This document shows positions 52,901 through 55,651 of a stretch of DNA of 55,651 bases, piece by piece (positions within the stretch are counted from its first letter, which is position 1; each line of letters begins with the position of its first letter). The notes under the pieces are model-generated. The model searched no databases. It saw only the letters and a program-made list of their open reading frames with translations, and was not told the DNA's origin. This DNA comes from a virus (taxonomy: Duplodnaviria; Caudoviricetes): positions 1 to 55,651 of the IMG/VR virus record IMGVR_UViG_3300027749_000134; one strand, given 5' to 3'. Position numbers and translations under genes: made by a program.

Positions 52901-55651
52901 AGGAGTTGAATAAGCACTATTGTTAATACCAAGATTTATATAGTAGTTGGTATCTGTACCAATATCAGAAGTTAATACTAAATCAGTACTGGCAAACGCA
53001 TAAGGGCTAAGATTTTGTATATTAACTTGTAAAGAATTATTAATATCACCAGTTACTTGCAACGGAACATTAGGTAATAATGTTTCATTTAAATTTGCAC
53101 CAATTTTTACTTTACTTGTTACATTTAAATTACCACCAACCCCAACACTACCTGCTACTGTTAACGCACCTGTATTAGTTGATGTAGTATTAGTAGTATT
53201 AGTAATTGATATTGCGTTGGTAGTAGTATATCCACGGTCAGTAACAGTTTGTAGTGTACTAGTATTCCAAATTGTAATATTACCAGTGCTGGTGTTTACT
53301 GCTGTATCGGTGCCAGCGGTTATAGTTGTTGCAACTATTGGGCTATTACCTAAGTTTAAAGTAGAGCCTTCAGCTAAAGTTAAATTTCCACCAATATATA
53401 AATTACCACCAATACCAACGCCACCTACAACTTGTAATGCACCTGAGTTAGTTGATGATGCTTGATTGTTTCCTGTTAACGTTAATGTATTTTGGAAACG
53501 TGGAGAATTTGTACCATAACTTACTAAAATACTGCCAGTGGAACCTGTACTAACAAATCCTGTAGCATTAGTAGAAGTTTGATATAATAATTGTCCAGGC
53601 CCGCCGCCAGTTATATAAAGTGCTGAATCAGCAGTTCCACTTACAGATCCTGTAAATGTACCAACAAAATTGCTTGCGGTAAGAACACCTATTACATTTA
53701 AATTACCACCTACATTTAAATTACCGCCAATACCAACGCCACCGGCAACAACTAAAGCACCTGTGTTTGTTGAAGTTGATACTGTTAAATTAGAAATACT
53801 AATAGCTTGATTAGTAGATGATCCTCTATTTGTAATAGTTTGGAAAGTACTAGTATTCCATATTGTAATATTACCAGTGCTGGTACTAATAGCAGTATCA
53901 GTGCCGGCAAATATAGCAGTTTGGCTGGCGTATTGATTAACAGTGGCGCTGGTTAAAACAATTGCTCCATTAGCATATGCATTGCCACCAACATATAAAT
54001 CTTTGCCAATACCAGCACCGCCGCCAATTTGTAAAGCGCCAGAAACAGTTGAGTATGACTGAGTAGTATTATATGTGCTAATAATATCATCAGTGGTTAT
54101 CAACGTGGTAGTAATTGTAGTGAGTTGTACAGTTATTTTCTGTGCAACAATTTCACCACCTACATATAAATTACCACCTATTCCAACACCACCAATAACT
54201 TGTAATGCACCAGAGTTTGTAGATGTTGCTGATGTAGTATTTGTAATATAAACAACTTGGTCAGTAGTACCTGTAAAGCTACCAGTAATACCCTGTATAC
54301 CCTGTATACCTTGACTACCGGTATAACCTACAATACCCTGGATGCCTTGTAGGCCCTGTGTTCCTTGTATACCCTGTATACCCTGACTGCCGGTATAACC
54401 TACAATACCTTGCAGGCCTTGTAGGCCCTGGATGCCTTGTAATCCCTGTATACCCTGACTGCCGGTATAACCTACAATACCCTGGATGCCTTGCAGGCCC
54501 TGGATGCCTTGCAATCCTTGTATACCCTGACTGCCAGTATAACCTACAATACCCTGGATGCCTTGTAGACCCTGTGTTCCTTGTATACCTTGTATGCCTT
54601 GTAATCCATCAAGTCCTTGTATACCCTGTATACCTTGCGTGCCCTGTGCACCGGTAGCACCGCGAGGACCCTGTCCACCTTGACTACTCTTTTCAAGGGC
54701 AACATAGTCAATCCATGTTCTATGTGCTGTATTACCAAAACTAACGTGATAAATTCTAAGACTAACATTACCACCAGAAATATATGGTGTTGAATCAATT
54801 GTGCCAAGAATAAACTCAAACCAACCTGTAGAACCAGAATAGGTAGTAAATGTATCCCATTGACTTTGAGCATAGTTATATAAATCAATATCTTGTGTAT
54901 GTCCAGATGCTTGTGTATAGTTAATATTCAATACAATTCTATTGAAATCTGTAATATTACTAAATCCAACATAAACAATATGGGCAGGTTGTGTAGCCGC
55001 ATCATGGATACTATAATATCCTGTATTTGTTCCAGTGTTAAAGTCGTTGAATGTCCAGATATCACTAACACCACCAAAGTCATAGGTTCCATAAACTGTT
55101 GTAGTATTGGCAATTGTTGCCAATCCAGATACACTGCCTGGATTATTGGTAATGTAGGTAGCAGTATGTGTAACTGTTTGTAAATCGACGGCAGTAAGAA
55201 TTTTAGAACTATTAATATAACTGGTTGTAGTTATATTCAACACACCATTTACTTGCACATCACTATTAATTGTAGTCAATGTACCAGCAGGGTCAAGTGT
55301 AAGGTCGCCGGAATTCGTTACTAAACTACCGCCACTTAATACTAAACTTCCAACACTAACGCTAGTTGGTAATATTACTGCATTGTTAGATCCGTCGGTT
55401 ACTGTAAGTTGTCCTAGATTTCCTAGATTGACTTGTGCATTGCCAAAACTTACATCTCCAGTACGTTGATTAACTAAGAAACTTTCTCCTACACGGAAAT
55501 CACCGCCTTGATCAACTGTTTGATAATATACCTTACCACCATTTATCTGTATAACTTCGTCGGCCTGCACAACCAAACTGGTATCATCTGATGAATCTTT
55601 ACCTGCGCCAATATGACTTACGTTAAAAGCAATAAGTTTAATATCGGTACC
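49985..55651 (-). CDS. Long collagen-like tail fibre protein (partial, start beyond right edge)
   Basis: The frame is open to position 55651 ([19 protein letters not shown]...). It has G-X-Q and GYTGS collagen tracts, repeated [15 protein letters not shown] motifs and two C-terminal YTL...DAG.L domains. Confidence 0.85.
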   Translation of the reverse strand, partial: GTDIKLIAFNVSHIGAGKDSSDDTSLVVQADEVIQINGGKVYYQTVDQGGDFRVGESFLVNQRTGDVSFGNAQVNLGNLGQLTVTDGSNNAVILPTSVSVGSLVLSGGSLVTNSGDLTLDPAGTLTTINSDVQVNGVLNITTTSYINSSKILTAVDLQTVTHTATYITNNPGSVSGLATIANTTTVYGTYDFGGVSDIWTFNDFNTGTNTGYYSIHDAATQPAHIVYVGFSNITDFNRIVLNINYTQASGHTQDIDLYNYAQSQWDTFTTYSGSTGWFEFILGTIDSTPYISGGNVSLRIYHVSFGNTAHRTWIDYVALEKSSQGGQGPRGATGAQGTQGIQGIQGLDGLQGIQGIQGTQGLQGIQGIVGYTGSQGIQGLQGIQGLQGIQGIVGYTGSQGIQGLQGIQGLQGLQGIVGYTGSQGIQGIQGTQGLQGIQGIVGYTGSQGIQGIQGITGSFTGTTDQVVYITNTTSATSTNSGALQVIGGVGIGGNLYVGGEIVAQKITVQLTTITTTLITTDDIISTYNTTQSYSTVSGALQIGGGAGIGKDLYVGGNAYANGAIVLTSATVNQYASQTAIFAGTDTAISTSTGNITIWNTSTFQTITNRGSSTNQAISISNLTVSTSTNTGALVVAGGVGIGGNLNVGGNLNVIGVLTASNFVGTFTGSVSGTADSALYITGGGPGQLLYQTSTNATGFVSTGSTGSILVSYGTNSPRFQNTLTLTGNNQASSTNSGALQVVGGVGIGGNLYIGGNLTLAEGSTLNLGNSPIVATTITAGTDTAVNTSTGNITIWNTSTLQTVTDRGYTTTNAISITNTTNTTSTNTGALTVAGSVGVGGNLNVTSKVKIGANLNETLLPNVPLQVTGDINNSLQVNIQNLSPYAFASTDLVLTSDIGTDTNYYINLGINNSAYSTPDFGITNANDGYLINKGQNLVIANANTNTNIEFYTDGTALPGVTTDFGATTATHVMTMNKTGVAIYSATSSTTSTNGALTVVGGVGIGGDLNVAGAFYVTGQLFISGQERGVGFTGSVGYTGSRAYTGSQGYTGSQGTTGDQGPRGYTGSQGVQGTQGLQGTQGYQGIQGIQGVQGLTGQGVQGIQGIQGVQGYGGSVGYSGSKGDAGTSVVIKGSTSTYNLLPGYQTPPTPMTYTGSIGDGYIVQSNGHLWVWDGTAWTDAGSFIGYTGSQGIQGTAGYIGQDGSQGIQGIQGIQGIQGLQGIQGNDANVQGIQGIQGVQGIQGVQGIMGESSYTYSPDAPPFPVPGDRWFNTNYGIELVWTNDGDSVQWIEISASGFQGQLGYTGSQGATGTSVVIVGTTSTYLDLPGWPSSYTGAFNDTYVTTSTGHMWVWNGGSWLDVGLIIGYTGSQGIQGPQGYLGDTGPMGSIGYVGSQGWIGSIGATGYWGSRGYTGSQGQKPGFQYAFESTTTTLTSLVNGAIRYNSTSVASVTAIYMDANDIYGADLTSWFSSMGASSNSVKGYLEVKNNSNLNTLTNVFAILSVVNNSGYYTLNSVYVAGAQIPSAVDALAISFGRTGDIGYTGSTGTAATVQLGTVTISGTTSTVSNSGNFGQAVLNFVLQTGYTGSAGAGFGGSFGYTGSQGNFSSAVQAFNTITSSTYTLALTDAGNLLKLNNTLPITLTVPVESSVNFPIGSRLDIEQIGIGGITVVGDSGVTIVSTDYPILNAQYSLGSLVKTNSNEWLFVVPTGGQGYTGSTGYIGSAGYTGSFGYTGSIGGFNAVQAFNVQTGTTYTLVSGDAGYLIEINNAVGTTLVIPRDADVTFAIGQRVDIQQFGVGPVTISPYSGAVTLHYTDFPILNQQYAIGSLIKIAVNEWTWVGPATASNGFTGSMGAMGPSGNNGFVGSKGDTGASGVSSYYSVITGAAGWYLP
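51910..52560. repeat. Collagen-coding 9-bp-period repeats
   Basis: Repeated ccttg(t/a/g)ata(c)-type units encoding GIQ/GVQ/GTQ and GYTGS. Confidence 0.8.
54290..54680. repeat. 72-bp tandem repeat (4 copies) within a collagen tract
   Basis: ataacctacaatacc at 54323, 54395, 54467 and 54539, giving a 24-aa unit [21 protein letters not shown]. Confidence 0.85.

Noticed and set aside
13595-55183. The many 60-160 aa antisense and alternate-frame ORFs in the track
   Set aside because: They are shadow frames of Gly/Thr-rich and collagen codons (poly-Pro, poly-Val) lying inside long genes, with no ribosome-binding sites.
1-55651. Stop-codon reassignment (alternative genetic code)
   Set aside because: Code 11 gives dense, uninterrupted ORFs up to 17 kb, and TAA, TAG and TGA all end genes at sensible boundaries.

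Overview
AT-rich segment of a large tailed dsDNA phage genome with T4-like late transcription (core TAAATA boxes upstream of most genes); almost all genes lie on the minus strand. Positions 1-7.3 kb hold a partial tailspike (pectate-lyase-like), a PD-(D/E)XK exonuclease, probable head-internal/scaffold proteins and three small paralogous structural-type genes, each with its own promoter and terminator. Positions 7.4-8.6 kb are a plus-strand island of five small ORFs (DUF3563-like and phasin-like candidates). Positions 8.6-13.5 kb hold an HExxH protein, a GC-rich structured intergenic RNA candidate with an unannotated 28-aa micro-ORF, a signal-peptide-bearing non-specific endonuclease and a four-domain glycosyltransferase/FkbM methyltransferase. 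Positions 13.5-55.6 kb are a ~42 kb tail fibre/adhesin cluster (Gly-rich, collagen-like, LamG/SPRY) that includes 5757-aa and 3218-aa proteins. The most striking observation is that these giant proteins are not linear tandem arrays: whole LamG/SPRY modules are inserted inside other modules, up to five levels deep. No tRNA, rRNA, CRISPR array, integrase, transposase or reverse transcriptase was seen. All family assignments come from motif recognition, not database searches.
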